Notes: generated from the sequence alone by a model not told the origin. 63,868 nucleotides of DNA, filler included, from Craspedostauros australis (GCA_030167865.1; 20 parts of 20 records of this genome joined end to end with filler, not necessarily neighbours in it), one strand, 5' to 3'; positions 25,674 to 38,521 are shown, numbered from the whole stretch's first letter. Made by a program: numbers and translations.

Positions 25674-26239
25674 GCCTGTCCTGTCTCATGCGTGTCGCAC
25701 ACCCATGTCGTGTGGGTGTCTATCCTAACGCACTCCACATAGAGGCACATGGTGAGTCGCACGCGAGCTCAACGATTCCCTGACGAAACGGCGCACCTGG
25801 TGAAGAGCCATCACGTCACGTCAGAGTGCACGTGCATTGTTGGAGGCGTGTGTGACGCAGGCCGAAGAACCATGTGTATCGTCAATCGTCGACTCACAGG
25901 AACCGTGTTTAGCGTACGTTGAGCGTTGAGTCTAGGGTGCTTCAACTATACACCAACCATCGTAGATATATACTTGTAATAAACATATACATATTAATTC
26001 AATATACATTCATTATATTATAAGTAGAGTATACAACCAAAAATGTGGGACTAGGCAGGCGTCTACCATGCGTTGAACGCTAGTGGAAGAGAGTAGCACT
26101 ACACGTCATGCCGTGTACTATTACGCTGCAACACGGTGANNNNNNNNNNNNNNNNNNNNNNNNNNNNNNNNNNNNNNNNNNNNTTAATTAATTAANNNNN
26201 NNNNNNNNNNNNNNNNNNNNNNNNNNNNNNNNNNNNNNN

Positions 26240-27741
26240 GGCAGTGATCCTGCTGTAGGTAGTCTTCACAACACCCACCTCTCCGAATGTTCAAAGTGAA
26301 TTGGCATATGGTGGATCGCTGTCGAAGAATTGGCGATGTGGCGATGCTTTCTGGTTCTTTGCCATGGTGATGTTGGCGATGGCAGTGGCAGTGCTCGCAG
26401 CTGCTGCCCACAATCCATGCCTGTACTCATCATTGAGTTGTGCTCTGTTGAGCATGGAACGGATCTTGGTGTAGAGATATGCAAACTTGCGCTCCACTCT
26501 ACCATTCTGCTGTGGCGTGTTGGACACCGTGAACTCGAATTTCACATTCAGTCCAGCATCGATGAGAGTATCCTGTGTGGATTTGTTCTCTCCGCTGTTG
26601 TCTCCTCAGAAGATGATTTGTTGATCACCTGTCTGTGATTTGATTGTGTGGACAAATCGTTTGATATACCCTGGTTGGTCGCTCTTGTTCTTGAGAAAGA
26701 AACTCCAGCAGTGGTCCATGCAACCGTCAACGATCAGGGTCCAGTAGCGTTTATCTCCGAAGCTATGTGTTTAGTGTAACTAATGTTGATGAAGAAGCGT
26801 TCGCTGTGGCGAGTCGCTCGTGTGATTCTGGCCATTGGCATATTATTCACTCTCGCGTTCGCGACCGCGCAGTCGCAACATACCGGCATCTCGCCGATGA
26901 TCTTCCATCCGTATTAGGCGGCTGTCTGCTTCATGGTTTCGAGTTGCACATGACCGAGCATTCAGTGCAAGTTCCTCGCGCTCACCTCCTTGGATGGACT
27001 CTTGACAATGGCTTTGGAAGCCTTATCGTCCTTGGTTGGCATGATGAGATGCATCTGCACTCCCATGATGAATCCGTTGGATGTGGGGAAGACACAATTG
27101 AAGATGATCTTCTTTCTGGATCCATTGATGATGTCCATCACAATGGCGTCGTTACCAATCTGGTAGCCGTTGTACAGCGCCTTGTTCGTAGAGAAATGGT
27201 TCACCCACATCTTGGGTGTGTACTTCACATCGTCAAGTCGGATGATGTGGCATGTGTTGTCTCATTGCTTGACCTTCAAGCAAATGGACCCAATCTTGGG
27301 AGAGTCCAGCTTTGTGCTGTCTCCCACTTGTATGAAGGACTTGTTGTGCTGCATGTTGAAGAGGGCAGCGTCTGAATTCACGATGTGACACAAAGCTCCG
27401 CTGTCAGCAAGCCAGGTGTCCTTGATGACCTTGTCCTTGTACTTGGTGCTCAGCTCATGGAGCTGTTTCATGGCAGCCGCTGCCATGTCGTCTTCATGGA
27501 CTCCATCTTCGTTGTAGGGATTCCCGTCTTCATCATCCATGCCATAGTAGTTTGGCTCTGTGACCGCTGCTGGCCATGTGTCTTCTTGGTGGGTTCCTGT
27601 CACCAGATTGTAGGGTGTGACTTGTGGTCGCTCGCGCAGGAGCACCTGCACGCACCCTCCAAGAATGTAGTGCAACTCCGTCTCTGGAATGGGCTCCTCA
27701 TTCACTCCTTCCAACAAACGGTTGATGATGACTGAGTTGGC
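26240..27741 (-). mobile_element. pol: Degenerate Ty1/Copia protease-integrase, same family as 16100-17239
   Basis: WLADSGALCH (protease), H..LGH, IVDG..DHCWSFFLK, DNSGEN, TPQQNGRVERKF and GLWAAAA, with in-frame TGA stops. 26255-26284 matches 17156-17185. Confidence 0.93.
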
Positions 27742-27841
27742 NNNNNNNNNNNNNNNNNNNNNNNNNNNNNNNNNNNNNNNNNNNNTTAATTAATTAANNN
27801 NNNNNNNNNNNNNNNNNNNNNNNNNNNNNNNNNNNNNNNNN

Positions 27842-28236
27842 GCCTTGTGGCAAGCTGTCTCTTTGTTGTCCTTCTTGTTGTTTGCTTGCTTGCTGGATGA
27901 TTTGGTGAGTGATGCTTTGAGCTGCTTCGTCTTGGCCCGGAGAGCAAGGAGCTGCTTGTCGCAAGAAAGACGGTTCCATGTGCTGGCATTGACCAAGCTC
28001 TGTTACTTGGTCTCAGCAGTATTCATGAGACTGATGTAGTCTGGAGTACCGCAGTCGCTGCAGTGCTGGATGTGGCTGACAAACTCTTCATTGTATGATA
28101 TGTNGTATGCAGTGATGAGTGCAAAGGTGACTTTGCTGCCAACTGTTTTGCCTTTGGACTGGAGAGTGAAGACTTGGTTGNNAACGTGGTTGTTCAGCTN
28201 CTTGATGTTGTTGTTGAAGTCTTTGAGCTTCAACCA
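27842..28236 (-). mobile_element. gag: Degenerate Copia (CoDi-type) gag fragment
   Basis: DFNNNIK.LNNHV.NQVFTLQSKG..LITAY..EEFVSHI..LMNTAETK*..TWN..QLLALRA, with an internal stop. Confidence 0.65.
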
Positions 28237-29034
28237 ATGTAGATTGATACCAACCGCACCACTCCAAGCACACTCCCAAGAGTACGGCCATGGAGCCTGC
28301 AGTGTTAGATCCGTCTGGAAGTTATTGAAATATATGGATGCTGATATCACGCAGTACTGCGTTGGACGAGACTGCACAGTACGCATCACCTTGTACAGCA
28401 TTATGCATACCAATGCATTGCACAGGCCGTTTTCAGAGATCCAATCAACTGGACAACTCCAAGCACACTCCAAAACGTGCGGTCATCCAGTGCGAATTCC
28501 TAGATCAGTTTACAAGGGATCCAATTCTATGGATGCTGATACCAAGCAGAACTGAACAATACGCATTGCGCTGTACAACGTTCTGAGCATGTGTGCATAC
28601 AAAATGTCAATCATACTCCAATCCAACACTTCGATGCCTCCGAATCTCCTCCAAAGTGTACGAATATTGAGTTCAAAGTGATCGATCCATGTGGGAAGGA
28701 CTTAAATCTACAGATCAAGATGTCGTTTGATGCGTAGCTCACAGTGCTGCCATGCACAAAACGCCATGATATCCAGATCCATTGGTATGAGTACCTTCCA
28801 GAAGGATCCAAGACCTCAAACTTCGTGGCTGTACCCCATGGAGTGTGCTTGGAGTGGTGGGGTTGTTACAATCAAGTATGCTTGACCTTTTGTATGCACA
28901 TATGACCAACACAGTACACACAGTGACCAAACAGTATCGCAGGAATGGAGTACATGTAGTCTGAAACTCCTTGCAGTTGGATGTAGACCATTCCAAGGTC
29001 GGTACATGCCAATGGCGATGTCAGCATGCAATCG
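28237..29034. repeat. About 200-bp units arranged direct-direct then inverted (foldback-like)
   Basis: ACTCCAAGCACACTCC at about 28261 and 28457, with its reverse complement at about 28840-28855. TGTGCATACAAAA.GTCAA.CATACT also occurs in both orientations. Confidence 0.75.
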
Positions 29035-29808
29035 NNNNNNNNNNNNNNNNNNNNNNNNNNNNNNNNNNNNNNNNNNNNTTAATTAATTAANNNNNNNNNN
29101 NNNNNNNNNNNNNNNNNNNNNNNNNNNNNNNNNNTGGACTTTTAGTCCATTGAATCAATCGCCGTGTCTCTCTCTCTGATGGATCCGTTGATTGATTGTT
29201 CGGTGGCATCAAGATACCGAAGCACACCATGTTCCCGCGCGTATTGTGTCACTCCGATTGGCAAAGTTCCAGCCTCCACGTATACGCACACCACACCACT
29301 CGAAGCGCTGAGGCTGCATCGATCGGAGTATGTGTAGTATCGTGGTTGACTCCCCCAAGACCATCACAGAGGGATGTGCCTACTCATATTACACAAACAA
29401 TGGTATCACATGAAGAGGCACAACTGCACAGCGTGGCCAAGTCGGGCACCATCGAAGGTCGTATCGTGCGAGCGAGCGAGCTAGTCAGCTTCGGATCATG
29501 ATGTAGCTGTCCACGGTCATATCATATCATACCACGCCATACCATACCATCGCATAGCATGTCATACACAGTGGCGGAACTGCGCAAGTCCATGCAGGCG
29601 TGTTGACTGACGACACGTTGCTTCATGATGAATGCACAGGATCATGAAATGGAGGACAGCAATCTTGAGCAGATGAGCTCACAATCGCCATCCAAGCGCA
29701 ACTGATTTGGGACCACATACTCTGCCTGCTCTATCAGCTCTACTCGTACGATTGTACCACCAACAGGGACGACCACCAATCATCAACAACAGCGACAACA
29801 AGAAACGG

Positions 29809-30970
29809 ATGAACCGCGACATGGATGCTGTCGCCAACACCAATACCAACAGCCATCATGATCCAGACTTCAAGACTTTCTGGAAACAACTCCATCGAAG
29901 ATGGTGGATCCCGAAGACTGTATTCAATGTGCAGTGTCATCCAAAACAGCAGGTTGAATGCTATAGTGTCACACCCAAGCGGACGGAATACTGGGACATG
30001 GCCATCGAAGCAGGATTCACCTTTGCTGACTTGGAATCGATGAAGCGGCGGCACAAACATGTTGCTCTATCACTTCGTGTTCTATTGAGCGATTCGTTTC
30101 GCCAGGGCTGCGGGCGGATGTGTATTCGATCCCTGTATCTGAACTTCGGCAGGGATGGCCAATTGGGAGAAGAAGACAAGCAAGCGATTCGCTTCGTGGT
30201 TCGATTGGCTACCGAACATTCACCCAAGTCTTCATACAGCAAAGGCATCTGCTTGCCTCAATGCTTCGTGGAGATGAAGCAGCTCCACGATATCCCTCTT
30301 GTGACACATGGTGTGCATTTGGATTCATGTGATCTTGTTGATTGCGACAAGCTCATGTTCAACATCTCCCAAAACTCCAAATACGTTATGTTTAGTAACT
30401 GTAAGCTCGCCAATGGGGGCGCTGATTTGTGCAGATGGCTGTCTCCAAACAATTGCAGCATCACTGAAGTATCCTTCGTATGCACCCGCGTCACTTGTGA
30501 TACCTTGGCAAAGCTATTCCAGTCAAACAAGCGCATCAACAAGCTCCAAATCAATATCTGTCGGGACAACAGCACCCAACACATCCACTCACAAGAAATC
30601 GACCGGATCATCCACCTCCTTTCAGATGCATCACACCTGAAGGAGCTTGGTGTTTCTGGTGTTTGGATTGGGTCATCGGAGCCAGAGCAGATGACATGGT
30701 TCGACGCATTGATATCGCTCCTGGGAAACAAGAGCTTGTCTTCTCTCCAATACAGTCGCTTTTGGAATCCTGGCATGTCTGAAGCTCCACCCGAGACCCT
30801 CTCGGCACAGATGGAAGCACTTCAGCAAGCCTTGGAGCAGACTACCCAACTCACCTATCTCTACATTTCTCCACGCCCGTCTGGCAAACATGCCCATTCA
30901 TACAATGCGCTTGTTGAACATAGCTTGCGGCGAAATCATCGCAACAAGGTGAGAGCAGTGCTGTGTTCCC
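29809..30970 (+). CDS. RNI-like leucine-rich-repeat hypothetical protein, 3' truncated
   Basis: 1.16-kb ORF with degenerate LxxLxL units (IRSLYL, ITEVSF, INKLQI, LKELGV, LSSLQY, LTYLYI). Confidence 0.65.
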
Positions 30971-31264
30971 NNNNNNNNNNNNNNNNNNNNNNNNNNNNNN
31001 NNNNNNNNNNNNNNTTAATTAATTAANNNNNNNNNNNNNNNNNNNNNNNNNNNNNNNNNNNNNNNNNNNNCGCGCACTGTAGGCCTAAAACATTATAGGT
31101 CTATCTAAGTACCTTCTCGTTTGGGCCTACTGGGGACAATTTACCGTGCGCCCCTGCCAAGGTCACACCCGCTTCCTCCCTCCCTCTCTCCCTTCCTTTC
31201 TGTTTTGTCCAGGCATTGCACTTCAGACTCATCGATGGATCTGTGCGCCGCACCATGTGCGGAA

Positions 31265-31837
31265 TCATGGCATGACGAAGACGGTGAGCAACTGATCCCA
31301 GATGGACATTCCCGTCACCATCTCGCCGATGAAGAACGCCATAGCCGCAAGGATCGCCATGCGTCCCAGATTCAATTCCATTTCCAAATACGATGTCATC
31401 AGTGATTTTCTGTTGATGTTGCTTTGGGAGCTCTTCATCGGCAGATCCATCAATCGGACGGATGCCATCATGGTATTCCTGTCTGTCGTGGTTGCGGTCT
31501 GCAAGATGTCTCGTGTGTACTCCTGCCGCGGGGCTTGCGCCATGACTGCACCTGTGCTCGCGCTGCTGCTGCTGAACGATGATGGTGGGTTGTTGAAATT
31601 AGGTGTGATTGGTGCGATGGCAACGGCAGGTAGCGCATTGGAGGTACTGCTACTGCTCATGTTGTCGTCCATGATCTGAGGACGCTGGTTGCGACGCAAT
31701 GCTCGTCCAAGCCGCCTTCGAATGCCGAAGGATGGTCGGAATGCCGCAGCTGTGTTGTGCGATGGCATGACCGTGATGGCAATGATGATCAAGGAGCAGA
31801 CGGAGAGGAGGGAGATGGTTGGCGTGCGGGTCATCAT
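31265..31837 (-). CDS. Plastid-targeted one-helix LHC-like (OHP/SEP/Hlip-like) protein
   Basis: Signal peptide ending AAAF-RP (ASAFAP-type) plus an Arg-rich transit peptide. C-terminal ELNLGRMAILAAMAFFIGEMVTGMSIWDQL is an LHC-type helix. Confidence 0.8.
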   Translation of the reverse strand: MMTRTPTISLLSVCSLIIIAITVMPSHNTAAAFRPSFGIRRRLGRALRRNQRPQIMDDNMSSSSTSNALPAVAIAPITPNFNNPPSSFSSSSASTGAVMAQAPRQEYTRDILQTATTTDRNTMMASVRLMDLPMKSSQSNINRKSLMTSYLEMELNLGRMAILAAMAFFIGEMVTGMSIWDQLLTVFVMP

Positions 31838-33433
31838 GTTGCTTGCGTGAGTTGCTGTGATGTTATGATATTTGGTTGACGTTGATGTTGCGAAGTGGAG
31901 TGGAATGCAGTGCTTCAGTTTGATTTTATGACCTGATCGGCGATGCTCTGTTCGTTGTTCTTGATTGTGAGCTTGTTGGTGATGTGATGTTGTGTGTGCG
32001 TGTTGGATGATGTGGTGATGTGGTCGGCGTCTTCGGCGATGCCAGACAGAACATCACCGTTGTGATGTGTTGCTCGCACAGAGAGAGCGGAGAAGGAAGG
32101 GAAAGACCCAAGACGCATCGTGCACGAGCAACAAAGACCGTGATCGTGCGAAAAGTGCCCAAACAGAAAAGAAGAAGGAACAGATGAGAACCGGACAGAG
32201 ATCTCATCTGTGACTTGTGCCAGTCACCAGTTATTTTGATGGCATGAGGAACACGTCGTTGAGTGAAAAGGCTCCGCAGCCTGCGTCCACCCTCTCTGCC
32301 CGCAATTTGTGCCCACCAATGCTGTCCAGCAACAATACTTAGTCTCATGGATCAGGATGGATGTATCGAGGAATGGCCAGACAGAAATTGATTGATCAAT
32401 GGATGTTGCACCCCGTGTGGCATGGTGGAGAGATGAACAAGGCAGAGCAAACATGCGAGTGTGATGGAGAGTGCGATGGAGAGCACGTTTGCGGTGATGG
32501 CCCATGGGTGTTGAAGATACAGAATGATCGTGACATACGAGCCGAGCAGAGAAGATGTTGCGGCCAACACGAATAGAGTTGAGCGCAGCGTCCAACTCCA
32601 GCACACGTAGTCGTATGGTACATCGAGGGCCATTGAGTTGTGCCGAGTCAAGGATTGCTATGAAGCGCTCCGCGATGTGAGAGGAGATCCTGATACTCGC
32701 AGCTCATATACTAGTATATGATACAAGTAGTATTGGGGGATGTGGGTATTGTGTGTGTGGGGGGAGNNNNNNNNNNNNNNNNNNNNNNNNNNNNNNNNNN
32801 NNNNNNNNNNTTAATTAATTAANNNNNNNNNNNNNNNNNNNNNNNNNNNNNNNNNNNNNNNNNNNNCACATAAGGAGGATGACAGGCAGGGCCTGACATC
32901 CATCCTTCAACTCATTACCATCTTCAGATACCAAGACAGGTATCTGAGCGACGTCGGGAGTTGCGGGAAATGAGATCAACAGAGAAAGAGAAAACGGTTC
33001 ATGACCAAAAGTCTCATGCGTGACCTGACACAGTCTACAGAGAACAAGACTAGACATAGACTAAGGTGAATATAGACTTTTGATCTGATAGCTGTCACTT
33101 CAGATTCTCAATCTATGCTAAAGTACATGTGCGACGATTTTCGCTTCTCTGGGGGCCTAAACCTCCGGATCCTGAAGGGTCCGCATCGCTCCTCGTGACG
33201 GTCGGTCACCGATAGAGGAGGAGAATGTCGTATTGATCGTTTCTCTCGTGTTGGTTGTGCTGTGCCGTGTGTGTACTGTTGATCCTATTGTGTTTGCTGG
33301 AGAGCACGCACAGCTTAACCGTACACATTAGGCTGTGTTATACAATATCATAGAATAGAATACTCATGAGTCCACACACAGACCCCCATTGTCACAACTC
33401 AAAATACATGGATATCAACATTGATGTTTGATA

Positions 33434-35553
33434 CTACACGTTGTAACATGATGCAGGAGCGGTACACACGCCATCACCATCCGCGATCCCGTCGGAACTA
33501 CTCTCGCAGGCCTCGCTGCCAAGGCAACTACCATTGCCGACGTCGTACGCAGAATAGCATGCGGAGTACCCAATGCACGAGTCGTTCCCGATGTTGTTGG
33601 CGTAGCACGCAAAATCACCAAGGCATGACCCCGAGCCGATCGTTTTTGAGGCTGCAGCGATTTTGCAAGCATTGACACCTTGACAGCTTTCCTCTCCGAT
33701 TACGTTCAAGGCGGCTGAAATAGTGCAGGAATTCGACCCCCCACCACAGGATCCGCTGTTGATATAATTGTTGTTGGCAGTGATGATGCAAGCTTGTGTG
33801 ACGGTGCAAGCATAGGCCTTGATGACGTTGTTTTCAGCGCCTGATTGGATGGAGCAGGCTCGGGTTTCGTTGCACGAGTTTTGGAAGATCTGGTTGCTGG
33901 TGCCGGTGATGTCACAGGCATCGAGGGCAACGCAAGCTCCGCCGTAGATGTAGTTGGAATCGCCATTGATGGCGCAAGCAGAATCTCCGTTGCAGGAGCT
34001 TCCAAGTAGCTGGTTGGAGTTGCCAGTGATATCACAAGGTTCGCTCCCAATGCAAGATCCGTAATAGAGATCGTTGTAATCTCCCGTGATCGTGCATGTC
34101 GTTGGGGCAGTGATGTTCCCCGCCGAATTGTCGTAGCAAGTGAATTTGAGCATGTTCGAGTCTCCGGCGATGACGCATGCATTATAGTAATAGCATGCGA
34201 AGTCTTGCAGATCGTTCTTGTCTCCAGTGATGTTGCACGAGTTTTGGAAGTGGCACGCCTTATCTCCAATGGAGTTGAGGCTACCGTTGATCACGCAGGC
34301 ATCATGCATTTTGCAAGAATTGCCAATCTTGTTGTCATCGCCATTCACGGTGCAGGCCTTGCTTCCTCGACATGCATCTTCCAACATTTCATTGTTGTTG
34401 CCATTCACTCTGCAAGCCTCCGTGGCTTGACATGATCTGGCGGAGAAGATGTTGTTGTCGCCCTCCACATAGCATGCCCCGATGCCTACACATGAATCAC
34501 TGTGGAAGATATTGTTGCTGGCAGTGGTGTTGTATAGATTTCCGCAGGAATATTGAAGTCTGCAAGAGTTCGATTCGAAGGTGTTGTTCGTCGAGGCTCC
34601 ATACGTGAAGCATGCACTTTGTGCGGTACAGGCGCTGTCTCCGACTGTCACATCTGAGGCAAGTGACTCAAAATAGCAGGCGTACTCGAGAGATCCATTG
34701 AGCACCAAGCACGAACCCTCACCGACTGAGAATTGGGACACGTCCACCGCATAGCATGCTTTTTTGCCGAGGCATGAGACAGGCCCAATGGTGACGCCCG
34801 TGGCTCCACCAAAGGTACATGCGCCATAGCCGTTGCAGCTTCCTGAACATATCTCTACGTCGCTGCCACTCCATTTGCAGGCATCTGACGGAGCAACCCC
34901 TGTGCAGAGGCCCGTTCCGTCAGAGCAACAGCAGTCCAGGCCTCCATTTTGACAGAACATGATCGCGCCAGCTGCAGTGCCAGTGAAGCAGCTGGCGGTT
35001 GGTTCTTCGGAGGGGAAGACTGAAAGCGTTGGAGAAAGGGAAGGGAGGTCTGAAGGTGCGACGGACTCGGTTGGAGTCTGCGACGGCATATTGGATGGAG
35101 CGATGGACTTTGTCAGTGTCTGCGACGGCATATCAGAAGGTGCACTGGACTCGCTCGGGGTTTGAGACGGCACATTGGAGGGCGTAAACAATTCTGTCGG
35201 GTCGAAAGACGGCACCATAGAGTTTGTCGGTGTCTGCGATGGCGAGTCTGATGGTGCGCTTGAGTCCGTTGGAGTTGCAGATGGCAGAGTTGATGGTGCG
35301 CTGGAATCAGTTGGAGTTGCAGATGGCAGAGTTGATGGTGCGCCTGAGTCCGTTGGAGTTGCAGATGGCAGAGTTGATGGTGCGCTTGAGTCCGTTGGTG
35401 TCTGCGATGGCAGAGTTGATGGTGCGCCTGAGTCCGTTGGTGTCTGCGATGGCAGAGTTGATGGTGCGCTTGAGTCCATTGGAGTTGCAGATGGCAGAGT
35501 TGATGGTGCGCTGGAATCAGTTGGAGTTGCAGATGGCAGAGTTGATGGTGCGC
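33434..35553 (-). CDS. Extracellular-type protein: S/T/P mucin-like stalk followed by about 22 Cys-rich repeats; 5' end lost in the gap
   Basis: ORF open to the contig edge. 14-aa repeats APSTLPSATPTDSS, then about 20-aa repeats (S/A)C-x5-C-x-I-x-G-x-x-N-x-(I/L). Confidence 0.9.
35220..35553 (-). repeat. 42-bp coding minisatellite (at least 8 units)
   Basis: GATGGCAGAGTTGATGGTGCGC recurs every 42 bp. The contig breaks inside the array. Confidence 0.95.
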
Positions 35554-35762
35554 NNNNNNNNNNNNNNNNNNNNNNNNNNNNNNNNNNNNNNNNNNNNTTA
35601 ATTAATTAANNNNNNNNNNNNNNNNNNNNNNNNNNNNNNNNNNNNNNNNNNNNTCGCGCAGGAGACCCATTTTGCCTGTCGTTGTCGTCATTTTTTGTTT
35701 GTGTGGTTGCCAATTCGAATGAATCCCGTTGGGTCTTCGATGTTAGACCTGAGGGAAATTAT

Positions 35763-36086
35763 CTATATTACCATGGCTCCCAGCAGGAAGGTCCCATCCG
35801 AATGAATGGACAGAGAGCAGGGAACCTTCTGCTTGGATCGGCTATTTGACGACGACGATGACGATGATGTTGGTGTTGAGACTTTCGCTTGCTTGTGCGG
35901 CATGCTCGGGAAGATGCTCGATGAATCCCATCCGACGAATGGACGTGCAATGCCTCCACCGGATAGATGGAGGTCCCATTTGCCAACCGCGTAGGTCTCC
36001 GGATCGATGCCAGAAGCATGCGTCTGAGTGACCCAGCACAGGAGCGCGACGGTCATGAATAGATGATGGCACAAGGCAAGCTTCAT
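35763..36086 (-). CDS. Hypothetical protein with signal peptide, probably incomplete at the 3' end
   Basis: MKLALCHHLFMTVALLCWVTQTHA followed by GKWDLHL..CSLSIHSDGTFLL. It stops near the contig edge, so an intron or frameshift is possible. Confidence 0.5.
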   Translation of the reverse strand: MKLALCHHLFMTVALLCWVTQTHASGIDPETYAVGKWDLHLSGGGIARPFVGWDSSSIFPSMPHKQAKVSTPTSSSSSSSNSRSKQKVPCSLSIHSDGTFLLGAMVI

Positions 36087-38231
36087 GTTTGATGCGATCG
36101 GAGTTGATCGTGTGTCTGTCTTTGCGCCCACCGCAGTCGCTAATAGAGCCCAAACGTAATGGCTGTTGTCTTGTTGGCTGTTCTTTAGCTGTAGGCAGAG
36201 GCTTGACTGGCAAGCAGGTCCGGACGAGAGTCTTCTGTTCCACAAGTAGTCAATTGAGAATACTGGTAGATGGTGAAGAAACGTGCGGATTATGAGATTA
36301 GTGCTATGGTTCTTNNNNNNNNNNNNNNNNNNNNNNNNNNNNNNNNNCTGTATGACAATGCGTGTGGGTTGTGTAGCCCAAGTACCGTGAGTCGAGATCC
36401 GTCGTCTGGGTTCTGTGAGAGACAATGGGCGATGATGCTCGTTGTTGTGGCTTTGGTTCCGTGCGTCGGCGTTTTGGCGATGGTGGGTGTCAGGAACTTG
36501 GTTATCGGAACCTCATTGGTTCCCTGACACGAATTCCGAAGATCCGCTTCAAGGTTCTGGATCTGTCTCCAAACGTGGGGTCCGGCGAAGTATTCATTCG
36601 ATCTACTGGAATGCTGACGAGTCGGATGATTCGTAGTCTCTCTCGCTACGGTGGCTACTAGTTTAGCTCTATTAGTCGCAACCCCGTATTTTCCAGATCG
36701 ACTCTGCTTTTCTTGACTTTGACTTTGGCTATGATGAGTGGTGGTGGACGTGTTGTGAGCACAACTTGATTGGTTGGGGAATGTGGCAGCGTCAAATGAA
36801 GGGAACGCCACAGAGAGCATCGGTGCCGTTTTGCTTCTTGTTTGGTGGTGATTTCGAGATGATTTGATCACGAATGAGTCTTGGATACGAAACAGAGAAC
36901 TAGTTTTGGGGTTTTCGGTAATTTATTGTTTTCATAATAAACAGCGCATGATGCGTCAGAATGGTTTGATCACCGTGCACAATGCGCAAACATTCGCCGG
37001 ACCAATCAGAACACGCCCACCGACAACAACAGTCGCCACCAAAACACAAGAGAGATGACAAGAAAGAGGAAACAACAACGAAGTTGGGACAGACTAGCTT
37101 CGGGATGGATCCGGGACTTGAATGTCCATTCCGCGTACACGGTATTCGTATCCAAAACCGATACTGTGATGAAAGGCTACCGCACACGCGATGTGTAGTT
37201 GAACCACAATCCACGCTTTGCTCACCCTCCAGCTCATGCACTCCTGCCACCTGTCCAGCTCGTCATCCTGCCAAACATGCACCCATTTTGAAGCATATCC
37301 ATGTGAATGGATCAGCTGCTGCTCCATGGGTGATGATGCTGGACGACTGTATGTGTGCAGAACTACCACGGCATGCTGCTGCACAACAAAGAACGGCTAC
37401 AGTACGACAGCATGAACCCCACCTTTTTACTCGATCGTCCTATCAACAGTAAGCTTAACACATAAAACAAGCAATCAGAAACAAGCTTCACAGCTTACTT
37501 CCGAGTCTACTACAGTTACATCATCGTCTGATACAGCTTCGTCCTCAACATCAAACGGCGTCAAAACCGGTTGAAGGACAGATCATCCTCCTGACAACGT
37601 GCAAAAGACACGGAATACCAACTACGTGTCTCCTCCGTTGATTCACAATTGGTGACATCAGTCATCGATCGACCAGAACGATCCCACGAGTCGATGGTTC
37701 TCTTTGTTCCATGACAACAGAAGAGAACAACTTCCCTCTCTTGATTGTTGTTCGCACGCGACCGAGGGAAGCGCAGTAAATGCCATATAATGGTCGGTTT
37801 TTGGTTTCTTCACGCTTGAGGCATGTTGCACGGTTTTGGGATCGGTAAAGTCATGCACAAATGGGACTACTTGAGCACGCCTTTCCCGTGTCGACATGAC
37901 GTCGAACTCATTTACGCACGTGCTCGACATGTCCTGCACTGTGTGCCAATGACGATGATGTCCGCTTTGCGCTCGTTCCACCCCTGTCGCGTCTGCTCCA
38001 ACACACGCAAATTTCCAGACCCACAACCCATGGCATCGCCCCCTTCCCTCATCATCGCCGTGCGACACATTTGCCCCTTGCTTGTCGGCGCGATGTCCTC
38101 AGGTGGACATCGTCTTTCCAACTCGTACGTTTCTTCGCGCAGGTTACTTTCGTGCCTTTGTCCGGGCGGTTCTATCTCACATTGCTGTTCAGAACCATCA
38201 CGCGCTCCTACAACATACACGGAATGATGCA

Positions 38232-38421
38232 TGTCGAGATGTGCATGTGAGTATATGTCAAGATGTACGTGTATATGTGCATCGTTCACCCGTTATTCTC
38301 TCATACGCACTTGGACGGTATAACTACATTCGTGTCTATAGTATACTGTGATTCGTCAGAATTACAGGGGAAATGGAACACACGAAAAGGGGCAAGATTT
38401 CTGGAGGAAATTTGCAAATAA
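38232..38421 (-). mobile_element. End of LTR family B, reverse orientation
   Basis: Starts TGTCGAGA. It is the reverse complement of about 56400-56585 and of 39718-39851. Confidence 0.88.
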
Positions 38422-38521
38422 NNNNNNNNNNNNNNNNNNNNNNNNNNNNNNNNNNNNNNNNNNNNTTAATTAATTAANNNNNNNNNNNNNNNNNNNNNNN
38501 NNNNNNNNNNNNNNNNNNNNN

